Position numbers and translations under genes: made by a program. This document shows, in pieces, positions 10,984-21,727 of a DNA stretch of 64,000 nucleotides. This DNA comes from Mobula hypostoma. Taxonomy: Eukaryota. Each line of letters starts with the position of its first letter. Within the stretch, counting starts at the first letter, position 1. The DNA lies in assembly GCF_963921235.1 (NCBI RefSeq), contig NC_086097.1, forward strand, positions 81,346,001-81,410,000. The letters run 5' to 3'. Under the pieces are notes generated by a model. That model searched no databases and was not told where the DNA came from. It saw only the letters and a program-made list of their open reading frames with translations.

Positions 10984-13879
10984 AATTGTTGGGGGGTGGG
11001 AACCCAACTGAAGAGACTGGGGAAGAGGCGGTTGGCTCACAAATAGAGAAAGCTTGTAGACAGTTCGAGAGGGAGGATAGGCAGGTGATAGAGAAGGGAT
11101 GCGCTCAGACTGAAGGTTCGAGATGCATCTGTTTTAATGCAAGGAGCATTGTGAACAAAGCGGATGAGCTTAGGGCGTGGTTCAGTACTTGGAGATATGA
11201 TGTGGTGGCCATTACAGAGACTTGGATGGCTCAGGGACAGGAATGGTTACTTCAAGTGTTGGGTTTTCGATGTTTCAGAAAGGACAGGGAGGGAGGCAAA
11301 AGAGGTGGGGGCATGGCACTGTTGATCACAGATAGTGTCACGGCTGCAGAAAAGGTGGACGCCATGGAAGGATCGTCTACGGAGTCTCTGTGGGTGGAGG
11401 TTACAAACAGGAAGGGGTCAATAACTTTACTGGGTATTTTTTACAGGCCACCCAATAGCAACGGGGATATCGAGGAGCAGATAGCGAAACAGATCCTGGA
11501 AAGGTATAATAATAACAGAGTTGTCGTGATGGGAGATTTTAATTTCCCAAATATCGATTGGCATCTTCCTGGAGCATTTTTAGATGGGGTGGAGTTTGTG
11601 AGGTGTGTCCAGGAAGGTTTCTTGACACAATATGTAGATAAGCCTACAAGAGAAGAGGCTGTACTTAATTTGGTATTGCGAAATGAACCTGGTCAGGTGT
11701 CAGATCTCAGTGGGAGAGCATTTTGGAGATAGTGATCATAATTCTATCACCTTTACAATAGCACTGGAGAGAGATAGCAACAGACAAGTTAGAAAAGCGT
11801 TTAATTGGAGTAAGGGGAATTATGAAGCTATCAGGCAGGAAATTGGAAGCTTAAACTGGAAACAGATGTTCTCAGGGAAAAGTACGGAAGAAATGTGGCA
11901 AATGTTCAGGGGATATTTGTGTGGAGTCCTGCAAAGGTAAGTTTCAATGAGACAGGGAAGTTATGGTAGGGTACAGGAACCGTGGTGTACAAAGGCTGTA
12001 ATAAATCTAGTCAAGAAGAAAAGAAAAGATTACAAAAGGTTCAGAGAGCTAGGTAATGTTAGAGATCTAGAAGATTATAAGGCTAACAGGAAGGAGCTTA
12101 AGAAGGAAATTAGGAGAGCCAGAAGGGGCCATGAGAAGGCTTTGCGGGCAGGATTAAGGAAAACCCCAAGGCATTCTACAAGTATGTGAAGAGCAAGAGG
12201 ATAAGACGTAAGAGAATAGGACCAATCAAGTGTGACAGTGGGAAAGTATGTATGGAACCAGAGGAAATACCAGGGGTACTTAATGAATATTTTACTTCAG
12301 TATTCACTATGGAAAAGGATCTTGGTGATTGTAGTGATGAATTGCAGCAGACTGAAAAGCTTGAGCATGTAGATATTAAGAAAGAGGATGTGCTGGAGCT
12401 TTTGGAAAGCATCAAGTTGGATAAGTCACTGGGACCAGATGAGATGTACCCCAGGCTACTGTAGGAGGCGAGGGAGGAGATTGGTGAGCCTCTGGCGATG
12501 ATCTTTGCATCATCAATGGGGACAGGAGAGGTTCCAGAAGATTGGAGGGTTGCGGAAGTTGTTCCTTTATTTAAGGAAGGGAGTAGAGATGGCCCAGGAA
12601 ATTATGGACCAGTGAGTCTTAAGTTAATGGAGAAGATCCTGAGAGGCAGGATTTATGAACATTTGGAGAGGTATAATATGATTAGGAATAGTCAGCATGG
12701 CTTTGTCAAGAGCAGGTCGTGCCTTACAAGCCTGATTGAATTTCTTGAGGATGTGACTAAACACATTGATGAAGGAAGAGCAGTAGATGTAATGTATATG
12801 GATTTCAGCAAGGCATTTGGTAAGGTACCCCATGCAAGACTTTTTGAGAAAGTAAGGAGGCATGGGATCCAAGGGGACATTGCTTTGTGGAATCAGAACT
12901 GGCTTGCCCATAGAAGGCAAAGAGTGGTTGTAGACGGTCATATTCTGCATGGAGGTCGGTCAAAGGTGGAGTGCCTCAGGGATCTGTTCTGGGACCCTTA
13001 CTCTTCATGATCTTTATAGATGACCTGGATCAGGAAGTGGAGGGATGGGGTTTGCTGATGACACAAAGGTTGGAAGTGTTGTGGATAGTTTGGAGGGCTG
13101 TCAGAGGTTACAGTGGGACATTGATAGGATGCAAAACTGGGCTGAGAAGTGGCAGATGGAGTTCAACCCAGATAAGTGGGAGGTGGTTCATTTTAGTAGG
13201 TCAAATATGATGGCAGAATATAGTATTAATGGTAAGACTCTTGGCAGTGTGGAGGATGAGAGGGATCTTGGGATCCGAGTCCATAGGACACTCAAAGCAG
13301 TTGTGCAGGTTGACACTGTGATTAAGGCGTCATCTGGTGTATTGGCCTTCATCAATCGTGGAATTGAATTTAGGAGCCGAGAGGTAATGTTGCAGCTATA
13401 TAGGACACCGGTCAGACCCCACTTGGTGTATTGTGCTCAGTTCTGGTCGCCTCACTACAGAAAGGATGTGAAAGCCATAGAAAGAATGTGGAAGCCATAG
13501 AAAGGGTGCAGAGGAGATTTACGAGGATATTGCCTGGATTGGGGAGCATGCCTTATGAAAACAGGTGAGTGAACTTGACCTTTTCTCCTTGGAGCGACGG
13601 AGTTTGAGAGGTGACAAAGATGATGATGAGAGGCATTGATCGTGTGGATTCTCAGAGGCCGTTTTCCCAGGACTGAAATCGTTGCCACAAGATGACACAG
13701 GTTTAAGGTGCTGGGGTGTAGGTACAGAGGAGATGTCAGGGGTAAGTTTTTTTACTCAGAGAGTGGTGAGTGCATGGAATGGGCTGCCGGCAACGGTGGT
13801 GGAGGTGGATACAATAGGTTCTTTTAAGAGATTTTTGGATAGGTACATGGAGCTTAGAAAAATAGAGGGCTATAGGTAA
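10974..13879 (+). pseudogene. CR1 ORF2 (APE endonuclease + reverse transcriptase), disrupted
   Basis: Chain of ORFs at 10986, 11683, 11947, 12186, 12498, 12971, 13045, 13682 with EN and RT motifs in the expected order. Confidence 0.92.
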
Positions 13880-14329
13880 GCCTAGTAATTTAGTAGTTTC
13901 TTAGGTAGGGACACATTCGGCACAACTTTGTGGGCTGAGGGGCCTGTATTGTGCTGTAGGTTTTCTATGTTTCTAAATCACTGATCTTGCTGCCGTTTCA
14001 GTGACCATATAATGTAATCCTGTAATTTACTCCTGAATTACATGTACTCAGTCCATGATCACCTTACAAGCTGCTCCTGAGCTTTAACAACTTGGGTAAT
14101 AAAAATCCTCAATACCAATAAATGGAAGGATTCAATCAAAACATTATATTGCAAAGTACTACAATTAACTGTAGCATTGAGCAATTTAGAAGTCTTTTCA
14201 CATGACTATTATGGTCTGACACTGACCTACCTACTTTACTAGTGACAGTATTGTGTCTCAACTATGTTTATAGAGCAATGCTGCTGAGACTGCCTACTTT
14301 GTTGCACAAAACAGGAAAAACTGTGACAG

Positions 14330-14720
14330 ATTTGGAAATGCACATGTTCAAAAGAATGAGAAGTAATCTCTTTGTAGTTTATAAAATTCTTCCATGGTTT
14401 GATGGTGTCAATGCAGGGAAAAATGCATCCCTGCCTTCGGATTTGAAATCTTATGTCATCGTCTAAATTAAGTGAAAGTCTGTTTTGGACAGAGATGGGA
14501 AGAAATTTCTTCGCTTAAAAGGCAGTGAATCTTTGGGATTCTGTACCCCAAAGATCTAAAGAGGCTCAAACTTGAATTCATTGAATGATTGATCAATTAC
14601 AGGAGTTTAGGAGATGTAGAGATAGTGCAGGAAATTGCCCCTGAAATAGAAGGTCAACTATGGTCATGATCAAAGGTGGAATAGACTTACATGACCTATT
14701 CTCTTCCTAATTCTTGGTCA
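14330..14720 (+). mobile_element. Old CR1 3' end
   Basis: GAAATTTCTTCGCTTAAAAGGCAGTGAATCTTTGGGATTCTGTACCCC and ...GACCTATTCTCTTCCTAATTCTT resemble CR1 3' termini. Confidence 0.6.
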
Positions 14721-14810
14721 TGTATTGATACTGATCTGGAGTTCCAAGGAAAGCTGCTGAAAAGACAGTTGATAACCCTAGCACAATGGAGATCAAAAGC
14801 TCCAAGGACC

Positions 14811-15740
14811 ACAAACACGAGCAAACCTGCTGATGTTGGATATCCAAGACAGCACGCACTCAAAATGCTGGAGGAACTCAGTAGGCAGGCAGCATCTATG
14901 GAAAGGAATAAACAGTTTTCCGCTGAGACTCAATCAAGACTGGAAAAAAGATGCGTCAGAGCAAGAAGGTGGGGGAGGAAAGGAAGAAGTACGAGGTAGT
15001 AGGTGATAAGTGGAACCAGGAGAAGGACAGGAGGTGAAGTAAAGAGCTGGGAAGTTGATTGATGAAAGAGATAAAATGTTGGAGAAGGGGGAATCTGATA
15101 GGAGAGGGAAGACCATGGAAGAAAGGGAAGGAAGAGGAGCACCAGAGGGAGTTGATGGGCAGGTAAGGAGATTAGGTGAGAGGAGGAAACATGATTGGGG
15201 TATGGTGAAGGAGAGAGAGAGGTGCAATTACCGGAAGTTCAAGAAATCAATGTTCATTCCATCAGATTGGTGGCAACCCAGATCTTTCAACCTGAGTGCA
15301 GCCTCATCACGGCAGTAGAGGAGGCCATAGACTGACATGTCGGAATGGGAATGGGAAGTAGAATTGAAATGGGTGACCATCTGGATATTCTGTTTTTTCT
15401 GGCGGATGGAGTGTAGGTGTTCAGTGAAGCGGCCTCCCAATCTGTGTTGGGTCTCACTGATATACAAGAGTCCACATCGGAAGCACTGGATGCAATAGAT
15501 GACCCCGACAGACTCTCAGATGCCTTACCTGGAAGGACTGTTTAGGGCCCTGAACGGTAGAGAGGGAGGAGGTATAGAGGCAGGTATGGCACTTATTCCG
15601 CTTGCAAGAATAAGTGCCAGGAAAGAGATCAGTGGGGAAGGACAAGTGGACAAGCGAGTCACGTAGGGAGCGATCCCTGCGGGAAGCAGAAGGTGGGGGG
15701 TGGGGAGGGGAGATGTGCTAGGTGGTGGGAATCTCATTGG
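14811..15740 (-). mobile_element. Penelope 3' end (GIY-YIG + pLTR)
   Basis: - strand YISETQHRLGGRFTEHLHSIRQKKQNIQMVTHFNSTSHSHSDMS...DGMNIDFLNFR; upstream PGTYSCKRNKCHTC zinc-finger linker. Confidence 0.88.
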
Positions 15741-16076
15741 AGCTTTAAGAGAACTGGGATTGATGAGGCATTGGGACCTGATATCGAATATACAACAATT
15801 TGATCACCACCATTGTTATGCATTCATTTCAGTTTCATTTTCATACTGCAAGGTACGTGCCTGGAGCACTTCCTTTGCCTGGTAAGTTAAGGCATGGTTA
15901 TTCTGATAACAAAGCAAACAAGGTTTCAGTAAGCTAAGATTGAGTAAATCTGAAGTAAAACACATCAATTGAATAAGAAGAAAGTAGAAACTGACGTATT
16001 TTCAACACATTTTAAGTTTCAAAACCAGGAAATATACAATCTTTTCAACTGAGCCAATCCTGCTCCCCCAACCAAT

Positions 16077-16423
16077 GAGCAACACACACAAAATGCTGGA
16101 GGAACTCAGCAGGCCAGCCCTTTTTCCCCCCTCTCACCTTATCTCCTTGCCTGCCCATTACTTCCCTCTGGTGCTCCTCCTCCTTTTCTTTATTCTATGG
16201 CCTTCTGTCTCTTTCACAAATCAACTTCCCAGCTCTTTAGGTCATCCCTTCCCCCCTGCCCCACATTTCACCTATCACATTGTGTTTCTCTCCCCTCCCC
16301 CCATCTTTCAAACCTACTCCTCAGCTTTTTTCTCCAGTCCTGCTGAAGGGTTTTGGCTCGAATCGTCGACTGTACCTTTTTCCATAGATGCTGAGTTCCT
16401 CTCGCATTTTGTGTGTGTTGCTT
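16077..16423 (+). mobile_element. Penelope pLTR with short inverted 5' arm and degenerate hammerhead (about 16335-16372)
   Basis: GCAACACACACAAAATGCTGGAGGAACTCAGCA ... TGCTGAGTTCCTCTCGCATTTTGTGTGTGTTGC; CAGTCCTGCTGAAGGGTTTTGGCTCGAATCGTCGACTG. Confidence 0.75.
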
Positions 16424-17583
16424 GTGAGGTTGCTAACATAAACCATAGGACACAGGAGCAGAATTAGCCAATTTGGCCCATTGAGTCTGCTCTGCCATCT
16501 AATCATGGCTGATCCTTTTTTCCCCTCCTCAGCCCCACTCCCCATATCCTTTGATGCCGTGTCCAATCAAGAACCTATCAATCTTTGCCTTAAATACACC
16601 CAATGACTGACCTCCACAGCTGCCTGTGGTAACAAATTCCACAAATTTACCACCCTCTGGCAAAAGAAATTTCTCCACATCTGTTTTAAATGGACGCCCC
16701 TCTAACTTGAGGCTGTGCCCTCTTGTCATTGGCTCCGTCACCATGGGAAATATCTTTTCCACATCTACCGTCTAGACCTTTCAACATTTGAAAGGTTTCA
16801 ATGAGATCGCCCCACATCCTTCTAACTTCCAGCTAGTACAGATCCAGAGCCATCAAACCATCCTCATATGATAACCCTTTCATTCCCAGAATCATCCTTG
16901 TGAACCTCCTCTGAACCCTCTCCAATGCCAGCACAGCTTTTCTTAGATAGGAGTCCAATACACAAGGTGAGGTCTCACCAGTGCCTTATAAAGCCTCTGC
17001 ATCACATCCCTGCTCTTATATTCTAGACCTCTTGAAATTAAAGCTAACATTTCATTTGCTTTCCTCACCACTGTCTCAACCTGCCAGTTAACCTTTAGGG
17101 TGTTCTGTGCAAGGACTCCCAAGTCCCTTTGCATCTCCAATTTTTTGGATTTTCTCAACTATTTTATAGAAAATAGTCTGCACATTTATTTCTTCTACCA
17201 AATTAATGACTATGCATTTTCCAACATTGTATTTTACTTGCCACTTCTTGCCCAATTTCCTAATCTACTAATTTTCCTAATTTTCCTGCTTCTGCCACTT
17301 CTACTGGAAGTTCGTTCAACACTTACTTCAAGCTCCCCTGATAATTGACTTATCATTATATTCATGCGAGGAAAATATGCGCTCTGTGTTTAATATTAAA
17401 TTTGTTAGATAAACCCTTTTAGACACAAAATTGAGTGTATTACCCACTTATCACCTATATTCTGGTAGTGATTAACACTCACCCCCACGAACAGAATCCT
17501 TCTGCAGCCTGTTTCCTTAGCACTACCTGCCTCTCCACCAATCTCCGTATCATCAGCAAACCTGGCAACAAAGCCATCTATTC

Positions 17584-18813
17584 CAGCGGTCCTCAACCAC
17601 CGGGCCGCAAAGCGTGCGCTACCAGGCCACGAGGAAGCAATATGATTTGGCCATATGAGTCAGCTGCACCTTTCCTCATTCCCTGTCACAGCCACTGATC
17701 AGCCATTACGCATGCGAGGTCATGACCCACGCGTCATCCGTGTCAGGGCGGGAAGGTGATCAACTCCTCGTGCTTGCAAATGACGGTGGGCTGAAAAGTA
17801 TGTTTGACATAACATCTCTGTCGGCATTTTGGATCAAAGTCAAGGCTAAATATCCTGAGATAGCCACGAAAGCACTGAAAACGTTGCTTCCATTTCCAAT
17901 ATTTTTCTGGGAAGCGGAGTTTTCTGCAATGAATGCAACGAAAACTAAACTGCGGAGTAGACAGGACATCAGGAACCCCCTTCGAGTATCGCTGTCTCCC
18001 ATCACCCCTCAATAGGACGGTGTTGTTGCAGGGAAACAAGCCCAGGGCTCCCACTGATGCAGCGATATTGGTGTGTTGCAATGATTTTATATGTCATACG
18101 GGAAAAATATGTGCTGTGCATTTAATATCCAAATTTTACTTAAAATGTTATGATGCTATTGATTTATAAGTGACCTGTATAACCCTATAGCAATTACAGC
18201 ACGGAAACAGGCCATCTCGGCCCTTCTAGTCCGTGCCGAACGCTAATCTCACCGAGTCCCGCCGACCTGCACTCAGCCCATAACCCTCCATTCCTTTCCT
18301 GTCCATATAGCTATCCAATTTTTCTTTAAATGATCATATCGAACCTGCTTCTGCCACTTCTACTGGAAGTTCGTTCAACACTTACTTCAAGCTCCCCTGA
18401 TAATTGACTTATCATTATATTCATGCGAGGAAAATATGCGCTCTGAGTTTAATATTAAATTCGTTAGATAAACCCTTTTAGAAACAAAATTGAGTGTATT
18501 ACCCATTTATCACCTATATTCTGGTAGTGATTAACACCCACCCCCACGAATAGAATCGTCAAAAAGGATTTGCTGGGGGTGGGGGTGGGGAGGGTGGTGA
18601 GGGAAGTCGGCAGGTCACGACGCGTATGTGCATTGGTGCCCGCGCAAGGCTTCATGGTCATTGTAGTCTTTTGGGTAAACAACGCATTTGACTGCTACTC
18701 TTGTCCGTTCGCTACCCTACCACCCCCCCCCCACGCCCCACCGCTCGGCCGGTCCGCAAGAATATTGTCAATATTAAACTGGTTCGCAGGGCAAAAAAGG
18801 TTGGGGACCCCTG
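17584..18813 (+). mobile_element. Non-autonomous hAT (Charlie/Buster-type) DNA transposon with 8-bp TSD
   Basis: TIRs CAGCGGTCCTCAACC / GGTTGGGGACCCCTG; TSD ATCTATTC at 17576-17583 and 18814-18821; internal SLSAFWIKVKAKYPEIATKALKTLLPFP...EAEFSAMNATKTKLRSR matches the hAT C-terminal dimerisation region. Confidence 0.93.
18180..18370 (-). mobile_element. CR1-type 3' end embedded in the hAT element
   Basis: ACAGCACGGAAACAGGCCATCTCGGCCC...CCCATAACCCTCCATTCC...CTATCCAATTTTTCTTTAAATG is the reverse complement of a CR1-like 3' terminus. Confidence 0.6.
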
Positions 18814-20224
18814 ATCTATTCCATCATCTATATTATCAATATACAGCATAAAAAGAAGTGGTTCTAACACTGACCCATGCAGAGCACCACTGGTTACTGA
18901 CAGCCAACCAGAAAAGGATCCTTTTATTTCGACCAATCAGCCAATTCTCTAACTATGTTAGTAATTTTCCTGTAATACCATGGGCTCTTAACTTGGTAAG
19001 CAACCTCATGTATGGCACCTTGTTAAGGCCTTCTGAAAATCCAAATATGCAACATTACCGGATCCCCTTTGTATATCCTACTTGTAATCTCAAAGAATTC
19101 CAACAGGTTTGTCAGGCAATTTTTTCCCCTGAGGAAATCATGCTGATTTTGTCCTATCTTGTCCTGTGTCACCAAGTACTCCAAAACCTCATCCTTCATA
19201 ATCGACTCCAACATCTTCCCAACCACTGAGGTCAGATCTAATTGCAGTAACTGGGCTCCATGAAGTGGTAGGTGGGGAGGAGAAAGAGCATGAACATCAG
19301 CATAAACCTCAGCATAAACCTCACACAAGCGTACATTCTGGACACAGCCATTGAGTGTCTCAGGTCTGCTGTACCTTGCAATGAGACTTTATTCTTAACC
19401 AATTACCCAGCTTTGATTGCACAGTTTTTAATATCCTGGCTACAAATTTCTTCTTTCTTCCATAAAAATTTCATGCAGGCCCTTCTAAGAGCATTACAAT
19501 GCAAACGCAATTGCTAATGTGTTAATTATCACAAGGTTTCAATTCATTCTGTGTCAATTTGTTTACTTCCTGAGCTATTCCTCACATTTTAATAGTGATC
19601 AGTGACACAACTGACAGTGATGCTAAGAAAGGTTTCATGCAGCATTAGTTACAGGAACGTAAGTGCTTATCCATCTTCGATTTATAAATCTCATTGGGAT
19701 TTGAAAGAGATTTGAAATTGCAATGGTAAAACATCAATCCAGTGCTTCATTAGATAGCAAATCTTCCACCAACAGGAGACAAAAATCTAAAATAGTTGTC
19801 AAAAAGTTTGCCATCCATTACTCAGCTTAAAGTCTATATTGAAGGTAAACGTTTGTCCGTCTACCAGTTTTGAAATTGATAATTTAAAATTGCTGGTTGA
19901 GAAATACAATAAAAAGAGAACTGATTCAAGTGTTACTCTTCTATACTGAATACAGTTTAGCCAACCAGACAGAACTTTGACAAACTAGGTTATCCTAAGA
20001 TAACTAAATTATATAACAGGTGGTGTTAAGAGTACTTAAGGAAGATGCAATTATCTATGAAATATATTTTAATCTTTTTTTAAATTTTATCTCATTACAT
20101 TGTAAGAGACCAACATAATATTTAACAGGAAAAGATGAGATATCCTAGGCCTTGTAGTCAAGTCATAAAATAGCCTGGAAGACACTTTCTCATTCTTTCA
20201 CTGTTACAGTACTTAATGTTTCAC

Positions 20225-20600
20225 ATAGATTCACGTGGAAACTGAGAAAATAGCAGTAGCAGGCCATTAGGCCCTTGACACTGTATTGTCATTCTGTAAA
20301 TTATGTCTGATCTCAAAACCAGAGTCACATTCACCCCATATCCCTTGATGCTGATTGTATCTAGTAATCTAGCTATTTCCTCCTTAAATATTTCTTCCTT
20401 CGTCTCAGCGCCACTCTGTTGTAGTGAATTCCATATGTAAACCATCCTCTGCAAGAAGAAATCCCCCCCCCTAAGATTTCTTGCCCTGTGACCTAAGACT
20501 CTTACCCCATTTTCCTAGACACCCCAAGATGAGGTAACATCCTTCCCTATATCCAACATGTCCAAGCCAGTCAAGAGTTTCCCAAATTTCACTAAATCCC
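20225..20600 (-). mobile_element. Old CR1 3' end
   Basis: - strand QRMVYIWNSLQQ...FKEEIARLLDTISIKGYG, the CR1 ORF2 C-terminus. Confidence 0.7.
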
Positions 20601-20634
20601 CCTTTAAGCTCTAGTTAACAACCAAGTTAAAAGT

Positions 20635-21260
20635 CTTAAAGTCAAAGTTCGAAGTATATTTATTATCAAAGTATGTATACTATATACAACCTTGAGATTT
20701 ATCTCCTTATAGACAGCCACAAAATAAAGAAATCCAATAGAACCTATTTTTAAAAACTGTCGAACACCCAATGTATAGAAAAAAAACAAATTGCGCTAAC
20801 AATAAAAGTAAACAAATAACATTCAGAACTGAAGTTCATGGAAGTAAGCTCACAGCCACGAAGGCAGTCATCACTGCAGCTGATCTGGATTCCTTAGTTG
20901 CAGGTCACAGCCTCAGATCAGAGCAGAGATGAGTAAACCTCGAGGGGCAGTGAGTTGAACTGGCCCATCCCTCACCTCCTGCTCTGACACTCTAACCTTT
21001 TCAATCAGGCCTGGTGCTTAAATCATCCAAAACCTGGGTCGTTCCTTGCTCTCGGCATCTTGCCTCAATATGCTCTCAGATCTGGGCCCGGCTGCCTCAA
21101 TTCGGCCTGTACAAAACCTTTCTAATCCAGCCAGGCACTTAAATCGATCCAACCTCAGCTGTTACCTTGCTCTCGAGCCTGGACCTGGGCCCGGGCCCGG
21201 TCTCACCACCTTGACTCGCCTCGCCCCGCTTCTGCCACATTGAATCACCTCCAAGTCTAC
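20635..21260 (-). mobile_element. Probable non-autonomous element with Rex1-like tail
   Basis: AAGTATATTTATTATCAAAGTATGTATACTATATACAACCTTGAGATT is the reverse complement of the tail seen at 5722-5773; a similar piece lies at about 34066-34180. Confidence 0.45.
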
Positions 21261-21727
21261 TTATCATACCATCAGTCTCCAATGACTTCACGCACAGAAA
21301 GTTTCACATTGCACTGAGGTAAGCTGGATACCAAAACTGTATGGCACACCTCAAACTCACCAGCAGCAATTTCACTTTTACTCATCTTGCAAGTCTCCAC
21401 GTGCAACTTTTTATTCAACTTGATTCTTCTACACCTTTACTCGTCTGATTCTATAACTCACCCTTCAAACACCCAAGCAATCCAAATTCTATGCTATTGT
21501 AAATAAAAGGTAACATCGGCCCTTATATTAGGGCACAAAAACATTACTTATTGGTAAATATGCAAGATCACGAATGGTATACTTGACAGATGGGATCCTG
21601 TATCCATGTGATACTACAGTAATTGGAAAATGAGACTCAGATTCAGATACAGTTTTTTTTTAATCACCTGTACATCGAAACCTGCAGTGAAATGCATCAT
21701 TTGCGTTAACAATCAGCACAACAATTG

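Larger units (their letters stand above)
9644..13975 (+). mobile_element. Near full-length CR1 LINE (copy A), inactivated
   Basis: 5' UTR monomers; ORF1 with Zn-finger/zipper and esterase blocks; ORF2 with APE (FNARS, AITETW, GDFN) and RT ([22 protein letters not shown]); TTTTCTATGTTTCTA tail; several stops and frameshifts. Confidence 0.96.
16435..19232 (-). mobile_element. 5'-truncated CR1 (RT to 3' end), interrupted by a hAT element
   Basis: - strand LTSVVGKMLESI, CLTNLLEFFE, SVLEPLLFMLYI, ARFADDTEIGG, LYKALVRPHL, TRGHSLKL; 3' tail near 16440. Confidence 0.92.

Noticed and set aside
13478..13505. ~20-bp tandem duplication in CR1 copy A
   Set aside because: Ordinary slippage lesion in a dead element.
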